Shown: positions 36,466 through 50,195, counted from the stretch's first letter. The stretch is DNA of 64,000 bases from Eledone cirrhosa (GCA_964016885.1 OZ024740.1:119164001-119228000); one strand, 5' to 3'. Translations and numbers: made by a program. Notes: generated from the letters alone by a model not told the origin.

Positions 36466-37044
36466 TGTTGATATAAGAGCCTTGATTTTTTAATGCACGT
36501 ACGTAATGCAGAGCTAAAAATTGATTAGTCTTTACTCTAATATAGTCATAGTGATCTTTTGTACTTTTCAAGAGTGTTTTGCTAAAGCAGTTTCATGCAG
36601 TACAGAATATTACGTGATTATATCATATATTTCTTATTTATTTTATGAATTTAACTGTTTATTCACTTGTATTTATTGTTCCTACTGGATTGCCATTTCA
36701 GTCACTGGCTATATTTTCCCATAGTTGTTAATATCTTTACAATGAATTCACAGTATACTTTCACAGTATATCTTTTACATATGTCGTCAGTCAAAACAAA
36801 ATAAACATATACAATTCTAATTCTATTGTTATCTATTCCATATACTGAAGTTATGTTTCAACTCTTTTATTTGGAAGCTAGAAAATTAATTTTGCTATGT
36901 GATATAAGTACTGGCTTGGTTGTGTTTAAAGGTTTGATTTCACTGTGGGATGCCTTGGACAAGTAAACCTCTTCTATCTTAGCCTTCAGCTGATAAATAC
37001 CTTTGGAGTAAAATAGGTATATGCCATATACATATACATATCAT

Positions 37045-37215
37045 TTCATCATCATTTCATTTTACGTCCGCTTTTCCCTGCTTGCAAGGGTGGGACGGTA
37101 ACTGATTCTGGCTTGATTTCTACAGCTGGATGCCCTTCCTAACACCAACCTCATTTACAGTGACTGCTGGGTGCCTTTTTGCCATGGCACCTCCACGACC
37201 ACTTTGCAGTGGAAT
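37045..37215 (-). mobile_element. RTE 3' UTR fragment (chimeric terminus)
   Basis: TTTTACGTCCGCTTTTCCCTGCTTGCAAGGGTGGGACGG joined to AACTGATTCTGGCTTGATTTCTACAGCTGGATGCCC. Confidence 0.85.
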
Positions 37216-37219
37216 GATA

Positions 37220-37383
37220 TGGACCCCAGTCTCTATCATCTCATTTCTACAGCTGAGTAAACTGGAGCAATGTGAAATAAAGTGTCTTGCTCAAGGAAAC
37301 AACACATCACCCAGTCTGAGAATTGAACTCACAACCTTTCGATTGCAAGCCCAATGCTCTAACCACTAAGCTATGTGCCTCCA
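37220..37383 (-). mobile_element. tRNA-headed SINE fragment
   Basis: Minus strand GGAGGCACATAGCTTAGTGGTTAGAGC (A-box) ... GTGAGTTCAATTC (B-box) ... CCTTGAGCAAGACACTTTATTTCAC. Confidence 0.85.
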
Positions 37384-37430
37384 TGTATATATAATAATGA
37401 TAATAATGATAATAATAATAATATTCATGA

Positions 37431-37570
37431 ATGTCCTGATGATTTCTTACAAATGAAACTGTTCTTTGTCTGTAGAAGTCATTTCTATAATAAAATAAAT
37501 ATGCCTATACTCTAATAATGTATTGAGTACCTTTTTTAATATTGGTCACCTCCCAACTTACATTGAGGTT
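37431..37570 (+). mobile_element. Second, decayed copy of the 33348-33480 hammerhead-tail module
   Basis: TCCTGATGATTTCT..GAAACTGTTCT..CTGTAGAA...CTATACTCT...ATGTATTGAGTACCTT...GGTCACCTCC aligns with 33352-33462. Confidence 0.7.
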
Positions 37571-37584
37571 CCCCACACACACCT

Positions 37585-37616
<32 letters not shown>

Positions 37617-37617
<1 letters not shown>

Positions 37618-37680
37618 TTCATTTTCATTTCATTTCATTTCATTTTACGTCCGCTTTTTCCCTGCTTGCAAGGGTGGGAC
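37617..37680 (-). mobile_element. ~60-bp RTE terminal fragment inside (TA)n
   Basis: (CATTT)n tail + TTTTACGTCCGCTTTTTCCCTGCTTGCAAGGGTGGGAC with TA repeats on both sides. Confidence 0.85.
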
Positions 37681-38391
37681 ATATATATATATATATATAT
37701 ATATATGGCTGACGTGTACTTCTCATAACTCCATGTTTCTTCGTATTGTTTAAGTAGATGGTGACATTTATTTAAGCATGCCATGCCCTCCAGCCAGATG
37801 GTTTGACATCTGAAGTTCTTAAGAACAAAACTGAAGTAAGATCTGGTGCCAAGAAGAACATTTAAAGATTAAATACTGCTTCAAAAAATGTTGTCCAATC
37901 TATTCTGGCATAGAGAAATATGATGTTAATGATGATGATGTAATGTCAATGTATGCAATGCTAATGTATTTATTGCAGCAAGGCAGCTAAGAAAAATTTC
38001 TTCAGAAGAGCATTCTGCATATTATATGCTAATATGGAATGATCTCTTATATACACTCTGGTGAGTTAAAAATTTTGAATTACTGAGGCTATCCATACAA
38101 TTCATAGACAAACACATTTTTTTTTTTGTTTTGTATGTTTGAAATTTAAAAAGCACGTAAAGAAGATAAGATCCATCAACTAAAATGTTTGAAGAAATAC
38201 AGATGATGCAGATGGGAGAATGCAATGAAGAGATTGATCAATACAATTGAATGATCTAATTGTTCATGAACCAAACAGCTTGCTTATGAATTAATGTGCA
38301 ATTTGCTGAGCACATGTACTTTAACTTTTTTCTCAGGGAGATTCAGCATGACACAGTATGTAATAAAGCAAGTCATTTGAATAGCAAATAC

Positions 38392-38578
38392 TTGTTTCTA
38401 CTTTAGGCACAAGGCCAGCAATTATCCCAGTGTATTACTGGTACTTTATTTTATCGACCCTGTAAGGATGAAAGGCAAAGTTAACCTCGGCAGGATTTGA
38501 ACTCAGACCATAAAGGTCCGTAACTCTATGCTGCAAAGCATGGCGTCCAACCCTCTACCGATACTGCCAATCCACCGC
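38392..38578 (-). mobile_element. Full-length SINE with TSD
   Basis: Same consensus as 33821-34035; TGAATAGCAAATA on both sides. Confidence 0.92.
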
Positions 38579-38637
38579 AAATAATGAATAGCAAATAATG
38601 TCCATCTAATTGTCTCCTAATGTCAATTGGTTCATTG

Positions 38638-40261
38638 GATTACTGACATAAGCTAATATAAAACATTATTGTTCTTACACACATTGCAATATGTAGTATC
38701 ACTGCCAACGTTATTATCACCTTCACATCACTACTGGCACAAAAATACTACCAATCACTACAGTGCAGAGCAGGGAAAATAAGTACAGAGAACATCAACA
38801 GCAAGAGCTGCATTCTCATTAATCTATTTAGATTGCCTTCATTCTGGCTTCTACCAGAATGTGCATGTGTGTAGAAATAGACTTAACAGTGTAGCATTTT
38901 TAGATTGTCAATCTGGGCACTACTCAATTCTTTCTTTTGCCTCAAATCCTAAAGTATGCTCCTTAGCTAGATGAAGACATGGCATGACTATGAAAATCGA
39001 TATGTGAACCATGCCTTCCCTTCTGACTATCTATCTGCATGCTAAATGATTGCTACATCATAATTAACTTGGACCTACACAAAAATAGTTATAATCATTG
39101 GGACCTCCATCAACACGGTTATAATCAACACCATGAACATTTATGTGACAGTAAACATACTCTATAATGTTGTTCTTGCACTATTCTACTAAGAAGATAT
39201 AAAATAACCAATAAAGCTACCTACTTGTAGTTAATTAATTTGAATGAACTGTTAGCATTTAAGCATGTTTCTGGCAGCACACTTTCCTCTCTACTCTGCT
39301 TCAGTTTGCTTATCTCTTGGGTAATTAGAGAATGATGCCTAAAATTAATCAGTGCCCTGCATAGGCATGGATAGATGTATATTTTGTGTGATTAATACCA
39401 TCAAGTACTGCATTCAAAACCCTTTTCACACTTTAATTGGTATTTACATTATTGTCACTTGCCACTATAATGTTTGTTGTAGAGTGGAATTTGGTTCACA
39501 AAATTGAGACTTAGTTTTTATTCTTACTTGTAGCTATTCGATTTCAATATATCCTAATTATCTTTTAGAATGCTATGATTGTCAGTCATATTTTCTTCCT
39601 TATATAAATTTGAATCTTATGCTAATTTATCATTCTTATGAGATAAAGCAAGACATGTAAGGAATAGTAGAAATTTGACTGACCCTTTTTCTGAATAGTT
39701 TGTGTTGCGGGTAGGAGATTCAATAAATAAACATGAAGTAGGGTTAATTTAATCGACTTTGATTGAACATCCTTTGAGAACCAAACATACCACTGGTCAT
39801 TCTTTTGTATCAAACAAATCAAGCTACAGAGTATTATCATGTTGGATGCATTTTGCAGAAGATATGAATTTTACACATTAATGATGATCTAAATAGAATT
39901 CATATTAGATTTAGTGAAGTTGCTGACTTTTTCATGGTTAGAGATCAATAACGAAAGCAGGTTGGCCAATGTTGAATGCCCATCTCTTATGTTCTGGACG
40001 ATTCATTATAAAACAAGAAGAGGATGTTTCAGAGAGAAGAGAAGAATACAATCAACAATATTCACCTCCTATAAATGTATAGAATTTCTTTTGATGTTTC
40101 TTTAGTTTCAGTTAGCCATTAAGCTAAGGCTATGCTAGATTACTGACTTGTGCTAATATAAGAAATTATTTTTCTTACGTGTATTACAATAAGTAGTATC
40201 ACTGCCAACATTATTATCATCTTCACATCAGTATTGGCACAACACATACTAGCAACCACTA
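38638..40261 (+). repeat. Dispersed ~123-bp direct repeat pair (38638-38760 and 40138-40261)
   Basis: GATTACTGAC....GCTAATATAA...GTAGTATCACTGCCAAC.TTATTATCA.CTTCACATCA.TA.TGGCACAA in both copies. Confidence 0.8.
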
Positions 40262-43200
40262 TCACTACTACTTTAGGAATTATAGGAATTATGGTGTCAA
40301 TCTAATATGACATTGATATATATATTATCTTCATATTATATATAACATTACTGAAAATGATCATCAATAAAATTGTTATTGTTTCTCAAAGAAAGAATTA
40401 TATATTCAGTAAAACTGACCAAAATTCATGAGTACAAATCCTGAAAACCAGTTATATATCTATCTGAAATTAAATGTGAAAACATACTATGTTGCTAACA
40501 CTAACGTTTGTCTTCATACTTTGCACATTATTCAGCACAACATTTTTGTTCCTTTTTTACTGTTAATCCATGATTGCATGAATAGAATTGTTCTTCCTAC
40601 TGCAAAGGAAGCAAATATTGAGCAGAATTGTAACAGGCTTCTATTAGTTGGGTATATCAACTTTAAGCCTACAACATCATTTTTCAGTAAGATTTTAACT
40701 TAAAATAGTATGGTCTACAGTCTAAATCACTCTCTGGCATGTATTGTAGAGTAAATTTAATTTAAATGTAGATTTATAATTTATCTCCCTTGAAGCTGAT
40801 TTTTTAGTAAAGATGAGATAATGAGATAGATGTAAGGTAGAGTGTCCCCAAATATATTACAATTTAACAAAGTATCCCAGCTGGATGATTCTCATCCACA
40901 GTTATTGCTTTTTAGCTCTAGATCACCATTGACCAAGAAGAGCTATCATGATCTCCAATAATCATACTGTTTTTAATTTTTTACACAAATTATGTATCCC
41001 AGTCTTTTCAAAAGCGTAGGAACCTTTTGAGGGAGATTTAAGGGAGCTCAAGTAGCCACATGGAAGCCTACTCATTGACAAATTGTGGAATTTGTTCATC
41101 TTTAAGTGACAAACTTTATTGTTGTGTTGTTTCCATGATTAAATACACCATTTATGTAACAAATAAAGTAAAATCTCTCCTGAAAATTGTGTTTTATAAA
41201 ACCTTACTTACAGTGTTATATGTAAAATCAGCTAAGGTTACACAGTAGATGATTATTTGAAGTTATACCTATATATGTGTAAGATATTAGTAGTTGATAC
41301 ACTTAAAGTGGTTTTAACCATAAGTATGTTATCCAACTGAAACCATGTGGTCTAGTTTTACAAATATAATTCTATTTTGTTGCATTTCATCATCATCATA
41401 ATCATCGTTTAACGTCCATGTTCCACGCTTGCATGGGTATCTCTTTACAGTTAGCTTTTGAAATAATTAATTTTGATAATATTGGAAAACCATAACAATG
41501 AAGAGACTAAATTTGAAACAAATAATTCAGCACAAGACTGAGGTTTCATTTCTCTATCTATTTCTTACATGAATTACAGGTTTTTGTATATTTGTATGTT
41601 AACAACAATCTTCTACATTTGTATTTCATCTGTCAGATTTTAGCAGCTATATTCATATTCATAGAAACTTAAGCTACTTTAAACACTTTTAGAATTTAAT
41701 TCCAAAGACTTATCTACAATATTCATTGATGAAATAGATTATAATAAATAGATGGAAGTGTGCATCAGCAAGCTGGTTTTACATGAAAACAAATCTGTGA
41801 AAGATATTTTCTGTATCTTACATAGAAGTGTGATAAATATAGTCAAATGTTTGAATACATGTTTAGAAATGTAATATATATAGCATACTTCAAAACAGCA
41901 ACGTAGTATTTTGCACTTTTAGACAAGTTTTGAAGAAATAACTTAATATTATACATCTATATTCCTTGAAAAATAGAATGTGTAAATGAAAAGAAATATA
42001 CTCATAATTTGCACAGTTAAGGTGAGCTTCTATATTACTTCAAAAGCAAATGAAACACATCAAACTTCTGATGCAATCTGTTGTTACCAGGTTTCATGAT
42101 CTAGAGCTACAAAGGGTTAATTGGTTTGGTTTTAGAAGTTAATTGAAAAGTTAATTAAAACCATACAGCTGCAATATCATGAATATCATTTTCAATTCTA
42201 CTACTAGAAACAGCAGCAACTATGACCATAATAGCAGTAGCAAACTGTATTATTTGCACTTCAACTGCTGAATTAAAAAGACAGGAAGGCTACATACAGA
42301 CAATACTGGTAGACCTGCAAAAAGGACAACATTGAAATGGTAGTTTGTTAATTAATGATACTCAAGAGTTTTAGCTTATAAAGCACAATTTCTCAGTGTG
42401 TTAGAACAGAAATTTAATAATATCTAATTATAAGTATTGTAAACTTGAAGAATAGATACAAGTTAAGAAAAGAAAAAAGTAGATTTAGACAGATATATCA
42501 CATAAAACTTATGAAACTCACTATTTACTTATTGGACAAAATAGCTTTATGATTATGTTGTTTTACATTTTTAAGTAAAATCCCATCAAGATCAACTTTG
42601 CCTTTTCCTCTTTTGGGATGGATAACATAAGTACTAGTCAAATTTGGTCCTGCATTTATGTTAAAAATTATTGTTATCAATAAACATAGTAGGAAAATAA
42701 TTATTATTATAATTTGTATTATTGTTTTACAATAGGAACATATTTTCAAATGAAGGGATGGATTGCAAAATTGTTAAAATAAGATATAAATAATTGAAAT
42801 GTGTGTATCATATATTGAGAAAGGATGAAAGTGACCGGGTGAGATAAAAGATGAAAATGAATGCCAGGATATTAGTGAAAGAGGATGCAGATGTTAGGAA
42901 AAAATTGACAAGTTTTAATAGATAAAATAGCCTTAAAACACTTACTGCATAACTAGCTGAGAGTTTGGTGGTTTAGATCCTCTTATTAGCCGTGCATTCT
43001 CTTCATAGCAAAGATAGTTAACTAACAAATGGTTCAATCTACTTAGATAAACATCATTGTTGTAAACTGCAGTAGTATTGTTCATTTAATAAGGGGTCTC
43101 TTATCTTGCAGTGTTATAAGCAAGAGAAGAGTCCAATGTGAAATGAAATTCTAAAATCAGAGGAAAACTCTATCAACAAATAGTAAGTACAAAACATTAA

Positions 43201-44799
43201 AAAATCAGAATGAATTAATTTTCCATGAAGAAAAGTTTGATATTTTAAACATATACTATATATTAGCACAGTTTTTTAAAGCAGTGAATTTATTAGAGTT
43301 TTAGATTGAATATCTCAGTATATGTTCAAGCTCACTGTGCCCTGAGTTTAAATGTTGATAATATCAACTTTGCCTTTTATCCTTTAGTTATCAATGAATA
43401 ATGTACTTTTCCAGAAGTGGTAGATTGATGGAATTGTTAAAGGTGTTAGATGGGATTGATTCTTTGCAGTATCTGTCCTGGCTTTTTGGGTTCTGTATTA
43501 AAATCCCATCTCTTGTATCAGAAGTTGTGACTAACAGATAGCATTAGCAATGGAAACACCAGTGGTACCGTAGTTTCCTTAATTCAATCAGTTTCTTTCC
43601 TGTTTTCTTAGATGAAAATCCTGACAAGCATGGGGTCAACAAAGATAATATAATCTTAAAAGTTTGGAGATCTTCTACATAATATGTCTTCTACATGAAT
43701 CCATTTACGAACTACCATATTTTCAGCTTTAAAATATCATGCTAGATGTGAAATACATAACAAAATTGATATAATTGTTTTACAGTTTTTCAATGTATTA
43801 AAAAATTTCATGTTTCATGTAATGATTGGATTTATGTTGCTTTCTGGTTCTTCCACTCATATATTAACAAAAAGACTTGAAACTATGATGGGGGGCACCT
43901 ACACATGCATGCTTTATGTCATTTTGAATGTCTCCTAGATAGAACGCTCTACATACAAAAGAGGAGTTTCTTTTGATTGAGTAATAAGTAGGAATTGTTT
44001 ATTGACACCCTAATCCGAATACTGCACCATGATTGCAATCACATTGGTTTTCCTGCAAAGACATATGTCAATCAGTTTTCAGATAACACTTGATTTCACT
44101 GAAAACAACTGTCAAGTGACATGGAAGATCAAGATGAATGAAAGATCAAAATCATGCAAATCTGAACACATTTGTCCCAATAATGATGACATATTTCAGA
44201 AGGCAGACTATATGGAGTAGCAATAATGTAAAGTATACTGCAAATTATTAATCAATGCTCCTTAAGTTACACACTTGTTGAATCATTTATATGTGGTTGC
44301 AGTGCTTGGCTTTTGAACATATAATTATTACTCTAGCTATTGTATTCGGGTTTCGAGAGAAGCAATAGTTCTTGTCTGTGTGGCAGACAACAAATACCAC
44401 TTCATTCTTTTCTTCACAATAAAATAGCATGAAAATGAGGAAAATTCACTAACTGAAAATACATTTTTCCCAGCTAAATGTAAAACAGGAAAATAATTTA
44501 AAAAAAGATAATTTGAAATTAATCCAGTTCTAGAAAAGAACAATTAGCATACATACAGGTCTCCGTTCAAAGAAGGCTTCCAGCAAACTAGTATCCTACA
44601 TATTTTCACTTTTACTTCCTTGTGTCACTTTAAAGTACATTTAAAGAAAATAATAGATGGTGCTCCAGCTTGGCATTTATCTGGATGGCTAAGACAAAAT
44701 AATGAACTAAAGAACCAATATCCTCTATCTCAATGTAATGTAACATAATTTATAACATTTAAAGTACTTCAACAATTGCAACACAACACAGTACATGCT

Positions 44800-45150
44800 G
44801 TAAGGCAGTTAATGATAATAAGGGCATTGAACGGTAGAAACCATACCAAAAAGGGTTGAGAGGAACCTTCAGTTTTGTCAAGGGCATGATATCTAAATGC
44901 AGCCAGTACATTTTGTAATGTGGTTGCTAAACAAAGAGTTGGGAAGACTCTTCTAATGTATCAAAGACATGACAACCTCACTAAGGTTGGTGCCATGACA
45001 ATATCAAATGCAGAAATATGTGAGATGTGGAGCTCTGGCCCATCTGAGACTTTAGTCGCTCTGTTTAAGTACTCACATGATCTATGACAACCCATCCAAC
45101 TCATTTCAGGAGGAAAAGCAGATGATAATGATGGTAAGGATGATAATGAT
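44800..45150 (+). mobile_element. Old RTE 3' UTR remnant
   Basis: AGGGCATTGAACGGTAGAAACCATACCAA...CCCATCCAACTCAT...(GAT)n. Confidence 0.5.
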
Positions 45151-45378
45151 TAAGGACATGAAAGAAAACTAAAGAAAATAGATAACTAAACATGGTATGA
45201 GCACTGAATAACCATATCTGTCATATCTTTCAGGTGCCTCCTTAGCATTTTATTTGACTATCTATAGATCACATTTCTGCTTACACAGAGATGACAGTGA
45301 TACTTGCAAACAGTAAAAGAAGAAATATTAATTATCCTCTTCTTCTTCATGCCATTCTATCCAATCACTGACAATTTG

Positions 45379-45738
45379 CCTCTGGCGTCACACAGTAATA
45401 CAGAAGAGCCGACCCCCCACGGGTACAAGCCGAAGCTGAAGCATATAGACATTATGCCCGCACACCCTCCCACTGCAAAGTGGTCGTGGAGGTGTCATGA
45501 CTAAAAAGCACCCAGCCCACACTGGAAAGTGGACGTGTAGCCGCCACAGAAAAAAAGCACCCAGCACTCACTATAAATGAGGTTGGTGTTAGGAAGGGCA
45601 TCCAGCTGTAGAAATCAAGCCAGAATCAGTTCCCATATGAGCAAGACATGGTCAGCCAACCGGACACTGCCCACAACAGGAAAACCCGTCTAACCCATGC
45701 TAGTGTGGAAGAATGGACGTAAAACGGTGATGATGATG
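45379..45738 (+). mobile_element. RTE 3' end (ORF end + UTR)
   Basis: Collinear with 24090-24452 and 63493-63848; (GAT)n tail. Confidence 0.9.
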
Positions 45739-45754
45739 AATAACATTAATAATT

Positions 45755-46050
45755 CTGGCTTCTGATTTGGGCACGAGGCTAACGATTTCGAAGGAGGGGA
45801 AGTTGATTTAATCGACCCCATGCATTACTGATACTTTATTTTATAATAATGTCAATAATAATTGTTTCTACTTTTGGCGCAAAGCCAGCAATTACCCCAG
45901 TGCATTACTGGTGCTTTATTTTATCGACCCCGTAAGGAGGAAAGGCAAAGCTAACCTCGGCGGGATTTGAACTGAGAATGTAAAGGGTGATAACTCTGTG
46001 TTTAAAAGCATGGTGTCTGATGCTCTATCAATACTGCCAATCCACCACCC
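45755..46050 (-). mobile_element. Partial SINE (45755-45842) plus full SINE (45861-46050) with TSD
   Basis: SINE consensus; TAATAATGTCAATAATAAT at 45844 and 46054. Confidence 0.9.
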
Positions 46051-46349
46051 TACTAATAATGTCAATAATAATGATGCCTCATACTGGCACAAAACCAATA
46101 ATTTTAGTGAGCATTTGTAATTAATTGAATTCACCCAAAGTACATGCCATGTATATATGTTTCCGTAACCTCTGGGTATGAAAAGCAATGTTTCTCCAAG
46201 TAGGGTTTCAATTCAGCACTTAAAGTTGTTTTGTCTGGTGCTCTACTAGTCATAACATATTTCTACATTTTACAATATCAATATAATAACTATTACAGCA
46301 GCTATGAATGAAAATTAAAATAACTAACATCAGTAATACAAATTCTAGC

Positions 46350-46620
46350 TTAACTTCCAGATCCTCCAATGTCCTAAATTTGGATGCATTTGCTGTCTCT
46401 GGTGAAATTCTTCATGCCTGCTTGTACAAGTGTAAGAAGGAGGACTTATTTCCAAGCCAAGCTTTGTAGGCCTCTTTTACTTGGATGGCATCTTTGACCT
46501 CTTGATTGTATCAAGCAGTTGCCCTGCCATCCAGCACCACACCAAACCTCTTTCACCTGCATCATTTAACAGCTGAATTTGGAATCTGACTTTGCATCAG
46601 CAAATAAAGTGTTCTGGTAG
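46350..46620 (-). mobile_element. Fragment of the old RTE family (11170-13632)
   Basis: Reverse complement contains CAAAGCTTGGCTTGGAAATAAGTCCT, matching 12281-12305. Confidence 0.7.
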
Positions 46621-46849
46621 GTAATCCGTTGACTTCATAATAAGAAGTTCTCTACATTTGCTATCAGGAATGTGTTTGGAATTCTCACTTCAGAGAGGTG
46701 CATCCTCACAAGGTGGAGATAATATTTTGCTGATTTGCTAAACCCGAGTGGAACAGCATCTTTTGATGTATATGAGGTTCATCTGGGAGTTGTGAGTAAT
46801 CTCTCACAAGAGTAATTAAAGTGCTCAAATGTGTCAAGGTTGCTGGGGA

Positions 46850-46928
46850 GGAAGAAGAAGAAAAAAAAGGATGAGGAGGGGAAGAAGAAGAAGAAGAAGA
46901 AGAAGAAGAAGAAGAAGAAAAAGAAGAA
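46850..46928. repeat. (GAA)n microsatellite
   Basis: Direct reading. Confidence 0.95.
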
Positions 46929-47864
46929 AGCTAGTCCTAGAACAATAACTAACTATTGCATTCATACCACATAATATATAATACATTACCATTACTGTCA
47001 TCTCCCATACTTGTACTGCTGCTTCAAGAACTTCTATCATCATGTTATATATATTTATGCACACACATTACAAATTGCACCAGCATCAATATCATTATTA
47101 CCATCACCCTCTCTGTGTACAGTGAAAACTAGCAGGAACTGTCTAAATTGAACGTATCATGTCCGATCATAATGGTGATGCTGATGAAGATTATGTCTGA
47201 ATTAGAAGAAACAAATGAGTGTAAATAATCCTCTACTATATCCTTGCATTTCAGTTTTCTTTCCTCTCAATTCAGCTTCTTAATAGAAGATAACACCATT
47301 TATCCACCACCTTCACCATCACCATTCCAATTGGCATAGCTATCCCAACCAACATGAGCATCACCATGGCCATCATGACTAAAACCGCCACCACTGTCAT
47401 GATCATTATCAGAAATAATGTGAATTATTGTTTGCACAACTGACTTATTTGCTATGGTCAACATAATTCTCCTCCTTCATCTTATCATTGGCATCATCAT
47501 CTCCATCATCACAATCATCATGAGAATGTTACTAATAATGTCTGATTTTGATGTTTGTGCACTGTGGTGTTTATGGCTGTAACTACTTGTTTGTGTGGTT
47601 GGGATGTAGTTGTTGTTGGCGTTATTGTTGTGATTGTTGTAAGTGTATTGGTGGTTTGTTTGCTTCTATCTAACAAGCAATGACAATGTAGTCATATTTT
47701 ATTGTTCTAGACAGAGCTCACGGCTAAAATCTAGTCAGAAATCCTTACAGAAGAACTAATTTCACAAATTCTAGTAACTCTTCTAATTGTTATTATTTTC
47801 TCTATTTCTTTGGATATTTTTATTTTATTTCCTAGTGCGCACACACACGTGTGTATGTATATAT

Positions 47865-48840
47865 ATCATCATTATCATTATCGTTTTAACATCTGCCTTC
47901 CTTGCTAGCAAGGGTTGAATGAGTCTACATACACCAAATCAATACTGAAGTAAGGCTACTGATCTCCCAGACAGACGAGGGATCTGTGTCTCAATCATGT
48001 ACACTTTCACATTCTCCCAAGTGCACAGGAAAGGTTGTCCTGATTTTGACACAACTCAGGAGACCTCCAAAACCTTTGTTTGTCAAGCTTTCTATGGTTA
48101 GAAGCCTTTCCTACCACCAACCTCTTTACATCATATGCGTTGTGCCTCTATCATGTAGATCACCATCACTAGCGTGGGTGTTATGTCCAGGACTTTACTG
48201 CAAGGTTCTCCCAACACTTTGTTTGACAAGCTTTCTATGGCTAGATAACCTTTCTATCACCAACTACATTACAGCATGTTATACATGCATTTATCATGTA
48301 GATTACCAACACTAGACAGGTTACGGTACTGGGGCATGACTGAAGGCTTTTCTTGACCAACACCCACAAAGTTTTTCTCTCTTTCTCTCTCTCATGGAGA
48401 TGAGAAGACTCAGTGCAGGAAATGGAAGTTATAGTGATGTAGAGAATAGCTAGGGAGTGACAGTGAAGGGAGAAACTACTAGGGTGTAATAGTGAGGATA
48501 TTTAACGGCTTATCTTTGAAGCTAAAGGATGAATACAGGAGGAGCATGTAGTGATGGTGGCGATAGCTGTTAGGGAGTGCATGTAGAGGAGGCGTGGGTG
48601 AGGTATATAAGAGTGAGGAGTGTGCCTATAGAGTATGATAGTGAGGGAGTCTAAAAACCTGAAACTTTAAGGGGACAGTGGCTAGGAGTGTGTGCTGAGG
48701 GAAGGGCATATGTGTGTGATGACGGTGGTGTAGTGATGTTGAGACAGCTTTTAGTGAATACTAGTAGAAGAGAGGGACAGAGATAGGTCAGCTCTTTGTT
48801 AGCACAGCATAGCACCAGCCCTTACAGTCCTTAGTCGTCA
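47865..48840 (-). mobile_element. Old composite retroelement: RTE-type 3' UTR preceded by a pyrimidine-rich body
   Basis: (ATC)n tail and GCTAGCAAGGGTTG terminus at ~47870-47917; duplicated AAGCTTTCTATGG.TAGA modules; purine-rich plus strand at 48400-48790. Confidence 0.45.
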
Positions 48841-49088
48841 TCTTCTTCTTCATTGGTTATTCCAATAATTTGTAATAACCTATTGTTTCTTCCATGTTCG
48901 AAACCATGAATAGGAGATGTTTATATAAGTGAGACTAGCTTAATTTTGTTTGTCTGGCTTATACTCCCATATAGATTTTTTTTCGCTTAAATTTAGTATG
49001 TTATATATATATATGTGATGATGATGATTGATATATATATATACATATATGTGCATATATATTTTTATATATATATATCTTTTATACA

Positions 49089-50152
49089 TCTGTATATATA
49101 TAAAATTAAGTGTGTGTGTGTGCGTGTCTGTGTGTCAGTGTATTACCTATAGGGGCCTACATCTTACGACCGATTTTCATGAAAGATTGCAGGCTCATAG
49201 ATGAGTCATCGGGGAGTGTTTTCTATATGTCAGCGTCTTGTTTTTTTATTCCGTGGTCATTCTGCAGATAAAAATCGATAGGGGGTCACCTTCTTTTAGG
49301 TATCGAAAAATAAGATTTTTGGCTCTAGCTCCCACATTTTGCCACCGATTTCGTTCAAATTTTAAAGAAAAATAGAATTCATCATTGCACATCCTGTAAT
49401 GGCTTTATATTTTGCAATTTTTGTTCAGGGGACGGCGTTGCAGCCGCTTAAATATTCAAATATACCACTTCTAGACGCAAATTTCCACTTTTTCGGCTCT
49501 AGCTCTCACATTAATCGAGCTACTTTGTTCAAATTTTACACTACGCTAGATCTGATTATTTTACGTCTTAAAGTCGCTTTACATTTTGGATTTTTGTTCA
49601 GGAACGGCGTGGCAGCCGCTTAAATATTCGAAAATACCACCTTTTCGTTCAAATTTCCAACTTTGCGGCTCTAGCTCCCATATTTTTCAACCGATTTCGT
49701 TCAAATTCGAAACTTCGGCTCAACCTCACACATAAATCAATTTATTTGGTTCAACTATTATACTACGATAGAACCTATCATTAGCTCCCACATTTTTCAA
49801 CCGATTTCGTTCAAATTCGAAACTTCAGCTCCACCTCAACATAAATCAATTTATTTGGTTCAACTTTTATACTACGATAGAACCTATCATTGCACATCTT
49901 ATTGCTTTTCACTTTGCACAGCTCATTGCTTTACAATTTGCCATTTTTGTTCAGAGACGGCGAGGCAGCCGTTTAACGCTTAAAAATACGATTTTTCCCC
50001 CTCCCACATATTCCATACGATTTCACTCAACAATTCGCCATTTGCTACCCCTTACGACCGATTTTCAAGAACTCGCCGTCGCTAAAATCAACACCTTTTC
50101 ATCAAAGCAGATATTATTTTACCTACCCAGGCAACGCTGGGTACTGCTGCTA

Positions 50153-50153
<1 letters not shown>
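49089..50153 (+). mobile_element. Non-autonomous Helitron with internal tandem repeats
   Basis: A|TC 5' end, (GT)n, CCGATTTTCATGAAA motif; 3' hairpin TACCCAG-GCAACG-CTGGGTA then CTAG|T; ~173-bp units at 49317/49491/49663 and a 110-bp duplication 49672-49891. Confidence 0.9.

Positions 50154-50195
<42 letters not shown>

Noticed and set aside
36770-36800. ACATATGTC palindrome + GTC in the Penelope tail as a possible HHR
   Set aside because: GAAA and CUGANGA boxes are absent.
37280-37383. tRNA gene
   Set aside because: A and B boxes belong to a SINE head; no cloverleaf.
39690-39830. Possible minus-strand exon (AG...AAGG|GTCAGT)
   Set aside because: No recognisable protein; weak acceptor.
43590-43682. 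Plus-strand acceptor plus short frame ENPDKHGV...
   Set aside because: Stops after about 22 codons; no partner exons.
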